From Malacoraja senta (Eukaryota), in NCBI GenBank assembly GCA_038087875.1, contig JAXLNO010000355.1:62001-126000 (forward strand): a stretch of 64,000 nucleotides of DNA, in the 5' to 3' direction. The notes beneath the pieces were generated by a model. That model did not search any database, was not told the DNA's origin, and worked only from the letters and a program-made list of their open reading frames with translations. Within the stretch, counting starts at the first letter, position 1. Every line of letters starts with the position of its first letter. Positions 36,085 through 50,397 of this stretch are shown in pieces. A program made the translations under genes and the position numbers.

Positions 36085-39000
36085 TAGCAAGGAAAATCAG
36101 TTTGGATTTAAATGAATGGCTGATTTGTTGTCACGTTTTTGGATAGTAAAATGTTTAATTAACATCTTTGTGATCTTCCTCTCTGCAGCTTGCATTCACA
36201 TTGGATGGAACAATCAACTTTGCTTTAGTTTTACACCTTGAATATATCTTTTGTATGTAAATTACCAACTGAAATCGCTCAGTAGTGTCCAATTTAGAAT
36301 ATGAGAAATCTAATCATCCCCAAGAATAAATATTTTTCCCAGTAAAGATAGATTCTTGCAGGAGCCAAACAAATCCCACCAGAGAAACAAAGACCAAGCT
36401 GTGATCCAAGTGATCCTGAAGATGATAAAACTGTTGTATCAAGTAGACATTGAAAAGAGATGTCCTGCTGTAGGATTGAAACCAGGTGCCATAAATGAAG
36501 TTTATTTAAACCTAGTAGGAAATCCAAAAGAATCCTCCCTACAGACCCACACACACAATGGTGATTATATAAAACTTCTGCAGAGAGTGATTACACATCG
36601 AGAACAACAATTATAGTTTTACCAATATAGCAGCAGAGTGTCTCAGTGTAAAGCTTCCTTCATATTTGCAACTTTTAATCATTTAATGCTCTGCAGTTTA
36701 GACTGATCATCGTCACACAATGGACAACTCTTAATGTTCCATTTGTTCACCAAATATTTCCAAATGCTGGACCAGAAATAAAGACATTCCGCTTTGGTTC
36801 CCACAAGAGATGTTTACCTGAAGACATCTTGATTTGTCTGAAGAAGGGTCTCGACGTGAAAGGTCAACTATTCCTTTTCTCCAGAGATGCTGCCCGACCA
36901 GTTACTCCAGCTTTTTGTATCTATCTTTGATCTGAGGACATCTTGATGTGAGGACATCTTCATCCAGCTTTCCCAGCTTCCACAAGGTTGAAGTTGCATT
37001 GTTGAAGCTTAATTGCCAGTTCAAAACAAACTTGCTTGACTTGATGTGACATTTGAGGGCTATTGCTGAGTCCTTGGTGGATCTATTTGACACTCTGGGT
37101 TGCAATAGCATTATGGAGAGTGAATGAGGCATTGACATTTGATCATATATAGAGAGTCATATTGAGGTCACCACATTACAGTGTTTAAGCTGCTACCAGC
37201 AAATTTATTGCTGCTACTTCTGGAATATCCTGTGCGTTGTATCAGAGCATATCATGAGCACCACGACATCCAACAGCACAGATGCTCCGCCACTTGTGCT
37301 TGTTGGTTTCTGGACCACGTTGACCCCATCTTGTTCAGATGGGAATGAGCCAAAATAGTAAATGCTGATAGAATTGGAAGAGAGCTACTTGGATCAGTCA
37401 ATGAGAAATACAATGTTTCAGTCCTGTAGTTTCTATGCAATTCTGGATAATTCCACGCAAAAGTATTCTATAGAAATTGTCTTTCATTCCCTGTAAATTA
37501 GTTCTGTCGAGATTCTTCACGCCAAGAAATACTCGCGCTGGGGGAGATTCCTCACTTCACGAGAACAACAATACAGCTTTAACAAGACAGGCATCCTTAA
37601 AGAGATAGCAACGGGATGGGCAGAGAGGGGCAAGTAAGGCTGTCGCTGTGTAGTTGCAACTTCTCGTTTTAACTTTAAGCATTTCCACGGCTCCTTGCTC
37701 CTCTCATCTCCGAACACTATTTTAGAGGGGAACACAATGTGCTGGAGTAACTCAGCAGACCAGACAGCATCTCTGGAGAACATGGATAGGTGCCGTTTCG
37801 GGTCGGGACCTGGTGTGTAAACTAGCATCTGCAGTTCCCTGTTTCTACTCTTTCAGAGCAAACGTGTTTGTCAGCCACACGCGATTTCTTGGTCTGCCTT
37901 TAGTAAAATGGAGTAAAATATGATTTCCTTGCCCATTTATTTGAAGTAAAATGATTTACAAAGAGTATATCCTCGCACTGTCTCGAAGTCGTCAAAAACA
38001 GCGATTGTTGTTTTCCGGTTCTGATAATTGAGCAGCTCTACTTTTGCACGAATACACGGAGTTAGTCGCAAGGCGATTCCACCATTCACACACCACTTTG
38101 TTACTTTATCGGAAGATCTCAATATTGCACAGTGAAATTGCGTGATGCAAACACATATCCGGACAATTTCAGAAGAGACTGAAGCTTAAAAGGAGGGGGA
38201 AATCTGCCTCATCAAGGGTCTTTTATTACACTCGGCGCACCTTAACGAGGTGTGAACTAGTGCATAAACACAGCTGTTTCCGCAAGAGTTAAATTGAGTC
38301 CTTTAATTGACATTAATACAAATAGATAATGGTTATCATGTCTTTACCAGTAGTACCAACTGGCAATTTAAATGTGAATATTTCAAGTGACGGGGACTGT
38401 ATGTCTCATCAGGGCAAATATAGTTTGTTGACGTTTGATTTATGGTAGTTTCTATTATTGTGACATTTGCCATGAAAGATGCTTTAATGAGAATTGGTGC
38501 CGGTTAACCGGAGGCCTTAATCCTTCGGTTTAACTGAGTTTGATGATCGTCTGGTTTAACACCGCTAGTGATATTTGAGTGATGCGGGGATGAAGTCAAT
38601 CTCCCACTTTTCCCAGCAACGGAAAGGGTTAAGTCGTGACGACGTTTCATGTTAAAGATAGACACAAACTGCTGGAGTAACTCAGCAGGTCCTCTGTGAT
38701 GATTACCAGATAATCTGTTTTTAGTAATTTTAAGAGCAACAGCATCTTGTTTTGGCGTTGCATGTAAAGAAACAGTGAAGTCCTCCCGCAGTGTTCGGTA
38801 TATACCAGCATCTGCAGTTCCTTTCTATACTTTCAGTGGCACGGTTAAAGAACAAGCCTCTGAGTAAAACTAGGAGGAGGATATGTGAATCTTACTCACT
38901 CTGCCGCAGATATCACTAAATGTAACAGGCCAGCGATTAAAAAAAACACAAAGCATGGGAAGAGCTAGATACAGTTGCCATGGACTTCCCATCACCAGTC

Positions 39001-39439
39001 AGACCTGGAGCTGACTCCATGTCTTTCTTTAGGATCACAATATCACATATAGGATTCAAGTACACATGCATTGGTAACACTTCCAAGCGTTCTACCTGGA
39101 CCATCTGCATCAGAACATTAGTTTGATACTAGTTTGCAGTTATTTGGGAGAAAAGTTTGACCATTGACCTGAAGAATCGATTTGTTTCATTTTGAGTGGC
39201 AGCATTTGTTGTTGTATTTATTGCATTATCCAACTCCTCTTCCTGGTTTGCATAATAATCATGCCCACTTCTTAAAGGTATATTTATCAGTGGGTAGAGA
39301 AGAGGTGGAGGTAGTAAAGTACATGGCGTTTGGAAGACGCTACCTTACTGGTCTTGCCTTTATATTTGCTCAGGATCAGTGGGGAGTGGGGAGTGGGGGA
39401 TGGGGGTGGGGGGGGGAGATACAAATATTACCCTACCCT

Positions 39440-39850
39440 GAGGCCTGGATAGAGTGGATGTGGAGAGGATGTTTCCACTGAAGGGAGAGTCTTGGAACAG
39501 AGGGCATTGCCTCAGAATAAATGGACGTACCTTTAGAAAGGAGATGAGGAGGAATTTCTTTAGACAGAGGGTGATGAATCTGTGGAATTAATTGCCACAG
39601 ACGGCTGTGGAGGCCAAGTCATCGCGTATTTTTAAGGCGTGGATTGACAGATACTTGATTAATAAGAATATCAAAGGCATGATCATATTGAATGGCGGTG
39701 CAGGCTCGAAGGGCCTACTACTGCACCTATTTTCTATGTTTCTATGTTTCCATGAAGGCAGGAGAATGAGATTGAGAGGGAAAGATAGATGAGCTATGGT
39801 TGAATGGGAGTCTCGATGGGCCGAATGGCCTTTTTCTATGACCTATGAAC
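39440..39850 (+). mobile_element. CR1 3'-end fragments (one within another)
   Basis: gagatgaggaggaatttcttt...gtgatgaatctgtggaatt; 3' UTR ttgaatggcggtgcaggctcgaagggc and tail tttctatgtttctatg. Confidence 0.75.
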
Positions 39851-40917
39851 ATGAATATTTTGACTGCTTTCCAAAGGATCGCAATTGCCAGACCCGAGTT
39901 TCATTCTTCCTAAACAATGGATAGCATCATATCTCATCAAATGTAGCATCAGCTAATCGTGACAGATAATTATTTCTAATAGAGATCAATGGTTGGACCC
40001 TTCAAGAGACTTTTAAAATATATTCATTCAAGGAGATTGAACATTTTGGTACTTTTACCCATCCAAGTGACTGAAAGGTCCGCTTGGCTATTTCGCCTTG
40101 TTTTGTGAATGGTGTCACATTTACGATGTCCATAGTGGATATGGAGTTAAAGGAAATCAATGCTTCCCTTGTGTTTTACAACATCCAAGGCCTTTTGGTC
40201 ACAATACCTTTTACCAGACTTCTGAACTATTTAATTAATTGCATTTATATTCCCCTGACGCCATGGTGTGTTTTACCACCCCATGTTTCTGGCTTGGACT
40301 AGAATGTACAGAGGTGTATAATATGATGAGAAGCATAGATAGGATGGATTGTCAGAATATTTTTCCCAAGGCAGAGGAATCTGGAACTAAGGGCCGAGGT
40401 TTCAGTTGAGACGGGTAAAATACTGAAAATCCGAGGATAAATTTCTCACACAAGATGGCGGTGGTTAAAAAAAGGACACAAAATGCTGGAGTAAGTCAGC
40501 GGGTCAAGCAACATCTTTGAAGAACATAGATGGGTGACGTTTCGGGTTGGGACCCTTCCTCAGGAGAAATGGTGGACATCTGGCATGAGCTGCCAGACGA
40601 GGTTGTCGAGGCAGAAACAATTTCACTGTTTCAGTACACGTTTGAACAGGTACCTCGACAGCAATTATTTAGGGGGTTTAATGTGCTTATATGAAAATAG
40701 CTTTCATATGCATCATGGTCAATAAGGCGTCCATTTCTGTACTGTACGATTCTACAATTCTACTGTGCTAGTGCACCTCCACTCTTCAGTCAAGGACAAT
40801 GAGACCAGTTGTAATTTGATCCTCTCTCCCACTTGTTACATCTGACATTGGAATTTGCATTGATCCTTACCCAAGAGGGCTCCGTGTCACCTTACACGAT
40901 TCATTCAATTGGAGTAA

Positions 40918-41117
40918 NNNNNNNNNNNNNNNNNNNNNNNNNNNNNNNNNNNNNNNNNNNNNNNNNNNNNNNNNNNNNNNNNNNNNNNNNNNNNNNNNNN
41001 NNNNNNNNNNNNNNNNNNNNNNNNNNNNNNNNNNNNNNNNNNNNNNNNNNNNNNNNNNNNNNNNNNNNNNNNNNNNNNNNNNNNNNNNNNNNNNNNNNNN
41101 NNNNNNNNNNNNNNNNN
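40918..41117. other. Assembly gap (200 N, probably a placeholder of unknown true size)
   Basis: Run of exactly 200 n. Confidence 0.99.
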
Positions 41118-44100
41118 TTTTCATTTTGGTTTGAAGGATGAATGAAAGGGAGCTTTATAACATTATAACACCTAACATTCCATGGAATATTGCTGTGGTT
41201 TTATTATTGGGGGCTTATGTAAAAAACATTAGTTTGAATCTCGCTAAACCTATCTGAGACAACATTCTCATTTGAATCATAATACGTTCTGCCTAATGTC
41301 TCATTGCCATCAGCACCTCATTACATCTCCTCGATAGAGATTACTATCCTCAGTTTGGTATCACTTCTGATTTTTTCATATTTTATTCAGATTTCATTTG
41401 CCAATACATTTTGACGACTGTTCTTTTTTAACAGCGATACGAGTATTGTGGGCTCCGAATAACGCATATATATATAACTTAACATTGAAAAATAAAAGTA
41501 TCAGATAATTTAAGTTTATTAAGATTCATGTATTCTTCTCAAATGTAATAATATAAAGTGGATTTCATATTATTGTTCAATTGTTCTGAAAAGCTTAGGA
41601 ATTATAACATAATGTTCAATACTAAATTAATATTTATTCAATCTAATGCTGAGAAATGATGTTTCCATTTAGAGAAACGAGAGGATCTTATATTTAGTTT
41701 ATCTTTACGAGGGATCTGGTAAATGAAAGCAAATAGTTTAGCGCAAAATAAATACACACTAAATATACATATATACAGACACAATAATGCGCTGCTTTCT
41801 TATTTAGTATACCTTCCTACCTGTGACACGTAATGTAACATAATCTACGCAAGAAAGTCATTCCGAGTTAAATAAAAAATACAAAGAAATACGATGACTA
41901 GAATGTGAGTAAATTGATCATACCCAAGTCGTAATATACAAAATCACTGGTTAAGTTTAAGGATGCACGTTATCAAAGTTAGATATTTAGATACTGTACA
42001 TGTACATTTTATATGAATACTATTCCCAAATCATTCAGATTATTTTTTTGAAATTGAATTAGCATCGAGAGGGGTATGAAACACGATATTAGAAATGATT
42101 GATGTAACTCGATTTATTTCCCGACAGTCTTGACTTCTCTGTATGACTTCTCTATGTCAATTCGGTTTCTCAGTATGGTCTTCGGAAGCCACAATATCTT
42201 CAGACATTTTTGACTGGTTGTTTTATTAACTCAACCGATGTAACGTTACAGGTATATGTAGGCATCTGCCGAAGTACTATTTCTTGTTACCTCGTCTCTA
42301 ATTCGTATCAATATTGTAGAATTTTGTATTTAATCATTTTCGCATCGTTATTCTGCACATGACATATTTTATGCATGTAGTATATACATGTCTACCCAAG
42401 ACTCATTGTAATTTACTTTAAACCTCCGTTCTTAAGCATCTTCATAACTTCCAATTTTAATATACCAATCCATGCCAAACGTCGCGGACGTCCTTCAAAA
42501 ATCCTTGGCGTTCATCAGTTTTTTCTCCGCCCAACACTTTACCGGGACTTGCGACGGAAATATACACGATGTCCAAGCTTGCACTGTATAATAACAATAA
42601 ATACGCTGCATGATTCAGAACCTTTGCATATTACTAAAAATAGTTGACCACATTCCAAAGGAGTTGCCAGGAGTTTCCCTAATATTTTTTGGTGAAGCAG
42701 TCACTTTCTAACAATATCCCAGGTGAGTAGAAACGACTGATAGACTTTTAGTTCACAAAGACTGCCTACCAATAATCAGTCTCCTGCGCACAACTCAATT
42801 TATAGATTTCTAATGTAAAATGCGATACTTGCCTAAATAATGTGGGATAAAGCGTGATACCTGATTACGTAATATAACATAAAACGTTATGGCTCATTTC
42901 ATGATCTAACATAAACGCGTTAGTTGGCCATTCTATTTTTAAGTGAATTGTCCAAATTTAGTTTTCCGTATTTATGAAAGTGAGTACATGAACTCCTACC
43001 TGATATTGACCTTTAAACTATAAAATATCCTACCTGATATTGACCTTTAAGCTATTCGTCCCTTCTTCATCTGCGAGATTCAGAATATCCACAAGGAATA
43101 TGGTAAGACTGTGTGCTATGAAATGTGTGATAATACTTTCACATTGCGGTGTGAAATTCAAAGACAACGGGGAAATATAATTTACTTAAATTTCCTTTCA
43201 TGTGGACACTTTTCAACGCATCACAAACTTTCCTCGGAGCATCCCGTTACGAGTGTTTGCTACCTGCAATTAAAAAACAATCACTCTCCAGGTTTTCTTT
43301 TATTCCATTCAAAACGTTTGCCATCATTATTGATTATAGAAACACATAACTTTTTAGGATTTGGGTTGTCAGGGGTGAGGGATTAGATAGGATGCGCTCT
43401 TCTTTGTAACATCCGAGCAAACTCAAAAATGATATCTGTCATCGATTAATATGTCTTAATGTCTACCTTCTTCAACAATCGATTTTATTTCCACTTATTT
43501 ATTCAAGAAGTTGAATGTGTCTAAATTAAAACTATTTATACATTTTAATGACCTAAATGATTGCATTGTTTGTTTTTTAATGAACTACGATGTAAATGAA
43601 CAAAAAAAGCACTTAAATGGATCCCGAAGAAAGCTGGTGATACTTGTAAATTAGGATTGTGTTCACAACGCAATCATTGTGAAAAACATTTCAAATATTA
43701 CAAATATCTGGCACTAATTTTCTCCTTCTGAGCTCCTTTAGCCCAGCGTTGCGCCTCTCCCTCCTGTCTAAAGGATAAAGCTAAATACTCATTAAACACT
43801 GTGCTTGTGTTATAATTGCAATGAATTGGTTTCCTGTTTCTGTTTTTCCAGGCTTAGTTATTTTTAAGGAAATTGCTTCCGATTTCCCGGTGTTTTATTA
43901 TCTCTTATTACTCTTAAAGCATCATTATGCTTCCAGTTCAAAATTCTAATTTTAGCTGTTCATTATATTTGGTAGAATGCCGGTGACTATTCAAAGTGAT
44001 TTGAATTATTAAGCAGGGTAGTGTAACTAAATAATGGTAATTTTAAGAGTATAGGTAACACAGCGAAGTGATCTAGTGGAATCATAAAGTGGTTATTAAT

Positions 44101-44924
44101 GCAGCCTATGTAACACAAACGACAGTAAGCCAGGGTGCAAATTAAGGAAACAGGAATTATTATAATAACATTTTAACAATCCAGAAGAGGTATCGTGCTA
44201 ATTATGGAAGAGAGCAAGTGGCGGCCAAAATTATGGCAACTTTTGGAAACAAAGTGTTGGATTCCACAGAACACCGAATGAAAATACAAGATAATCGATG
44301 GGTGGGTAAAGGAGATTTTGAATTCCAGAAGAACACAGATATACGACTGAGGAGGAAACAAAGGTAGGCTGAAAGGTAGTTCGTCGTTTCAGAAGCAACT
44401 ATAATATTACTCTGCACCGTTAAATGCAGACGATAAATGCAGGTGCGTGGAGCCAGGCCGAATGCAACGTTCTGAAAGCATTGTCGTGTGTGTTTAGTAT
44501 TGTTCTTCGTCCCTTTCTAGTACTTGCTGGTGGTAAACCACAACAACTTGCCTACAAAGCCATGTTGTCTGTCAATTGCCACATCATACAAGCCATGTCC
44601 TTATAGCAATCCGCCGCTCCATTACCTCATGCCTTGTAAGGCCGGATTCACATAAAATCCCCATACGCTTGAGTGCACGCCCTTAATTATTGAACAGATA
44701 CATGTTTCTTTTCAATAGATGGGGTAATTAATAGACTATCAGTAAAACTTGATTCAACACTTCCTAGCGGTTTAACACTTTGTTTATAATGTGTTTCTAC
44801 TTATTCAGGCCAATATGAAAGAGTGCGAATAGAGGTCTTATGTTTGTGATCTTTTGGATAGTCACACAGGTTATGCAGATGTGAGTATGGGACTTTCAGG
44901 TTTTCCGTCAGCATGTGCACGTCG

Positions 44925-45111
<187 letters not shown>

Positions 45112-47368
45112 AAATAATTTTAGGCAATCGTGTTAATCATAAAATTCAGCATTATTGTTATATTACCCTGATGAAAACGACATAATTAACCTTACTACAG
45201 CAGTCAGTAGAGCCAGCTTTCATTTTGCTTAAATGTTTGTTAATCCTTTAGGGGCTTAAAAAAAAGCGGAATCTTTGGTAAAAACAGGTTAGCAGCGATA
45301 TCGGAATAGATGTAGCAAACCAAAGGCATGAATTCTAAACCTTAGACATGTACACGTACATTAATTCTAAACCTTAGACATTAACATGTACTCTAAACCT
45401 TATACTACTTTAAGCACATGGCAATAGATATATAACCGACCTTGCGAGAATTAATTTTACGTTTTACTTCAAATTTGACATTTTCGCCCATGAAATTTTA
45501 TGCTAAAAAAATTTCAGCAAATACTAGCGAAAGAGATTCCTTGGCAATTTATTGATTATTTCAAAGGATTGACAAAGTGTAACATTGTGCCTTTCTTATA
45601 ATTTCATTTATGTTTTGATTAAATACTGCATTGCAAATATCTCATTGTTAATCCACCATTTATTTTTTTAAACATTAACAATTTGCCCTTATTATCGCGA
45701 TGACCACTAAGGTCAATGTACAGGTGATTTAAATGCCTTTCACAAACCCATTATTTTATTCGTGTTTTTCTGCTATTTGTCACCCCACCATATTTTTTCA
45801 ATCTCGTGCTCGCCCGTCGCGTTTCTTCCTCTTTTTTCTCCCCCATTCGTGAATAACGATCAATTGATGGCAAGAACTTGTAAGCTGCTGTTCCAAATTT
45901 AAAAAGGGACCCACGTTTGCCACATGCAGTCTTTACCTTTACACGGTAGTCGGACGATTCATGTGAATGTGATTGAGATACTGATAACAAGAAGGTGCAG
46001 AACACCCACAGCCTGCCTCCGAAATAAATTACACCACTAATGTGTTTTAAAACAGGACAGACTTTACAGGGGTTAACTGCAGATATAATTTATGGAATAA
46101 CAATCATAGGTCGCCATCTCGTAAACTGATAACACATGTCACTTCGGTTTGTCTTTTCTTTAATATGCTATCGTAAAATGTTTTTGGAAGCTTCGCTAAA
46201 GGTCGAGGAAGCTTTAATACTCGTATTGCAGTTCTGTAATGTACATATGCATTTCCTAGCATGTGGGCGGCTTGACTGAAAGCAACAGGCCTTAGCTGTT
46301 CACGTTTGTGGCATCTAAAATAAACTTTAGAAGCACAGTACATACTTAGAATGCGTGGTTTTCTCTGGTTAATTGCTTAAGTACACAAAACTTCTCAGTC
46401 CTTAGCTGGACACATGATTAATCTCAGTCCAAATTCAGCGAGTTCCTGTTCCCAGTCACTAATATTAACATATGGAACTGTATTTCACAAACCAGTAAGT
46501 GGATTCATTCAGCTGTGTTCCTAGAATGTTCCCACGACTAACACAGCCATACATACTGTAATTCTACTCTCTTTGATGTATAGATCAAATTAACAACACT
46601 GCATTTGTTCAAAGTTGTCTGCGCCGTTCCATATCAGCAGGCAAAACACACACACTTCCTCCTGCCGTCGAACAAGCAAATTCGCACAATAATATATATG
46701 CATTGCACGATTTGTATCTCACGAGACATACATTGCCAGAACACAAAATTGATTTATGTTAAGAAATACTCAAAAACTAACTTAAATCAAATGACGATGA
46801 AGGATTGCATGTGTTCAACAAAATATATATTTTTCATAAACTCTTTCCATTGAATAACTATGTTTTTCTTTATTATTTTGCTTTCAAGGAAGGAATGTAT
46901 ATACCATTAAAGCTTTACCTCAGGTCCCAGCGAAAGTAAGCAAGAGCAACTGCAATTTGAAGAGCAATAGTCCCTTGATTAGCTCAATTGGATTCAAGCG
47001 CAATCGCGTTATTGACAGATAATAACGCGAGGGGAGTTTCCTGATATAAAATATGATTTCAGGAGTTTCTAACATTCCTTACATTCAATATAGCTGAATT
47101 TATTTGACGAGATGCAATTTTATTAAAAAAGATCACTGCTTCAATCAAGTTAAATTGCCCCGAACACGCCCTATGTTTATGTAGGAGTCAAAGCGATTAC
47201 ATCTATACGAGACTCGAAATAATTATATTTATGTTTCCCTAATGCTTAGACATCTAATCATTTGGATAGTCGTATGTAATTTGCACATATACATTTGTTG
47301 CTTTTTCGGTGTTTTATAAAGACTATGGAATGATAATATACACACACATATATTATGTGTGTGTATAT

Positions 47369-47374
<6 letters not shown>

Positions 47375-47450
<76 letters not shown>
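47375..47450. repeat. (TA)n(TG)n microsatellite
   Basis: Directly visible. Confidence 0.97.
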
Positions 47451-47453
<3 letters not shown>

Positions 47454-48702
47454 CTCTCGTAGGATTCCCTAAATTCATCGCCGGAATCAAAAGAAAGGTT
47501 TTTTTTTTTAAGTATGCCATTCGGTTATTCACTGCACCCAATAGCCTAGAAGGTTTAATTGTTTATTCAAAACATTGAATAACAAGGAAAGGTGACTATT
47601 TCTCCCCGCCCCCACCCCGATCCCAATGCGTTCTGCCTTGCCGACCATTTAAATGCTGTCGAAGAACTATATTTTTAGAAAAGATATTTTTGTTGTGCTC
47701 AAGGGATTTTCATAACTAACAAAACGCAAAACAAACGACCGTACAGAATCCTCTAAGCAGTAGCTGATACGGGAATATTGTCGAGCGTTGGTTGCTGTAA
47801 AAGTTCTCTCTACATCCTACCCCCAGATCCTAATCTCCCCCCCCCCCCGCCCAAACAAAACTATCACATTTACTCGTCATGAATACAGCGTTGAGTTCTC
47901 CGGCGCACTTTCACTAACTTTATTCAAAAATAGATTGAAATATGTGACAAGGTTGATATGGATGAAAGAGGATATTGTATGGGCTTCACTGTTGGCAGTT
48001 ATTAAAACAAGCCTGCTCGCTAACAAAAGAAGTGCTGTCGCTATAAAGGCGAGAGCCGATTCTGGATTTGGCTAAGTGGATAAAGACATTCTCCGTAGCC
48101 TTAGAGCACCATCTCTCATATAGTAAGTTCATTGCTTACCTATTGAAACCTGTTGAAGTACCATTAAATTGATAAATTAGCAGCCGCTGGCCCTTCTCAC
48201 TGTCCACCTTCAGCTTCTGTCTGCATTCTGCTACCATGGTACCGAAATGCAATAGAATTTCTGCATTTCCCTCTCTGTCTCAGTCTCAGTCTCTTTCTCT
48301 GTCAGTCTGTATCTCTCTCTCGCAACCTCAGTGACCAAGGGTAGAGGGTTTTTTTGGTGGAAGGGGCGGTTTACAGAGAAATAATAAAGCTCTGTAGAGA
48401 AGTCGGCAAACGTGACTTTGAACTTGGATCGGCTCCTGTAGTCCCTGCAGAGTCCAGCCCTGGAGGAGTGAAAGAATAGCGGTGAGCACGGAGCTGCGCC
48501 GCTTTAGACAGGAATTAGTGAATTAAACCAACACCAAAACTTCTTTGTTAAAAAAAACCCAGCCCACTAAAAAAAAAGCTGCAAGAAGCTCTATTGCAAA
48601 CAAGCAGAATGCCGAACCAACATTCAACTCCATACATTATTTGCACATTCATTAAATTCATAGCCGTGTTCATTTTTTTTCCAAAATCCTTCCGGTGTTG
48701 CA

Positions 48703-48708
<6 letters not shown>

Positions 48709-48777
<69 letters not shown>
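48709..48777. repeat. (TA)n microsatellite
   Basis: Directly visible. Confidence 0.97.
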
Positions 48778-48781
<4 letters not shown>

Positions 48782-49539
48782 CATCGCATATTATAGTATT
48801 GGCGTTTCTGAACAATAAAAGGTCAGTAAAAAGCGTAACATTTGAATTTTTTAAATTAACTCTGTGTGGTTTAGGGGGACGAGAGGAGAGGTGGAGCAGG
48901 GTTGAAAGAGGAGGGGGTGGTGGGGTCTGTTTCCGTTATGTTGCTTTGGTTTTCGTTTTCTCATTCCAGACTTGCCCTTGAATGCAGAGTTTTCCTCCAC
49001 TACACTGGCCTCGATTTCCCAAACAGAAACCATGGCGTGTTCCGCCCGTGACAATAAGTAAATAAACTGCCCGTGCATCAATGGGGAGTTTCATTTCTGC
49101 TCCCTTTTCATTTCACAATCCGCTCCCTCCAAAATCGAACATAAAATAAATCGAACTTAAGTCGTGGAACGTATTTCACTGAAAAATAATATGGTGCGCA
49201 ATTTAATAGGTGTCGAATCGGATTAGACAGTTGCCTTGGCTCACAAGCCGAGTCTCACAACTAGAATGTGATCAGAAGCGGATTTGTCCGTCTCGCTGTT
49301 GTAATGCCCCAAACCTTTCAATCGACAAGTTCCTGAAAAAGTTGTCTGATTTATAACATGTTACATATTTACACGTAAAAGGCACCAGTTATGCACTAGG
49401 GGGTAGGAAACGCGTATAATGCTGTGGACATTGGTTTCGCCCCCACGCCCTCTCCCCGCCGCCCCAACTCCCACAATTTGCTCGCAAGTCATTACAACAG
49501 ATTTCGATTAACTTTTTATTGCTATGCAGTGAAAAACGT

Positions 49540-49830
49540 GAGGCTGCTGCTTCGCCGGTTGTATTGGCGGGGGACAGAAGTGGTGCAGTAATGGCCGATC
49601 TCGGGGAGAGATGAAAAAAAAAACACAAATCAAAGTAGGCGTAATTAATGAAAAATGGCGACGCGTTTGGAGCAAGCTACCTGGAATGGATGAGGCGGAG
49701 TTGTCCAATGAAAAGCCATTATAGAGTGGCCGCTGTCCTGTTTAAAAGGGGTGTTGGGAGAAGCGCCGTCACTCCAGCCAGCAGCCGGTCTCTGCATCAT
49801 ATGACAGGCGCGGAACCAACTTAAGGCCCC
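49540..49830 (+). promoter_or_regulatory. Putative Zic core promoter
   Basis: CpG-rich. Inverted CCAAT 49563-49567, TAATTAAT, YY1-like AAAATGGCG 49652-49660, CCAAT 49705-49709, TATA-like TTTAAAAG at 49741, about 650 bp upstream of the ATG. Confidence 0.55.
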
Positions 49831-49952
49831 CCTCCCCCCTCAACCCCTCCCCACGCATTTATCCTCAGGATTCTCTTATCTCTACTCCTTATTTATCTGC
49901 CATTCTGATTATCGCTATCACTGGCAACACCGCATCTGCCGACAGAGAGAGA

Positions 49953-49990
<38 letters not shown>

Positions 49991-50299
49991 GAGAGCAAGA
50001 GCGTTCAAATGCGTTTTCTCCGTGGGAAATTCTTAGCACAGAAGAAAACAAACTTCAATGTGATCGCAATAAAAACAAACTGTTTCAAGGACATCAAAAA
50101 AAGTTGCACGCGATAATTTGGCTCGATCGTTTTTATCGTCGCTTTTTTTTACTTGCCAAAAAAAAGAACGCAGTTGGGAAGGGGCGAATCGTTGGGCTGG
50201 ATTTGTGATTCATGGACTGGTGCGTTCTGATTCCTTTAGAAAACCACCGTAAACACTGACAACATCAAGGCGTCTCTGAAGTTGCTGCTGCTACTGACC

Positions 50300-50343
<44 letters not shown>

Positions 50344-50397
50344 GGGGGTGGGTTGTGGAGTAAGAGATTTGTTTGTTTGCTCCCCGCTTTCAGGGGA

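Noticed and set aside
37937..38122. Minus-strand ORF with KVTKWCV...ETVRGY faintly recalling the Zic5 C-terminus, inside a small CpG-retaining patch
   Set aside because: Similarity is only a few residues, and no zinc-finger exon remnant or splice acceptor was found nearby.
40833..41141. ORFs spanning the N run
   Set aside because: Artefacts of the assembly gap.
42994..43055. Small tandem duplication (similar ones near 45330-45400 and 59455-59510)
   Set aside because: Two-copy local slippage duplications with no further structure.
50305..50397. ORF-track N-terminal extension MCVCVCV... of the Zic ORF
   Set aside because: Translation of a (GT)n tract from a GTG. The conserved start is ATG 50398.
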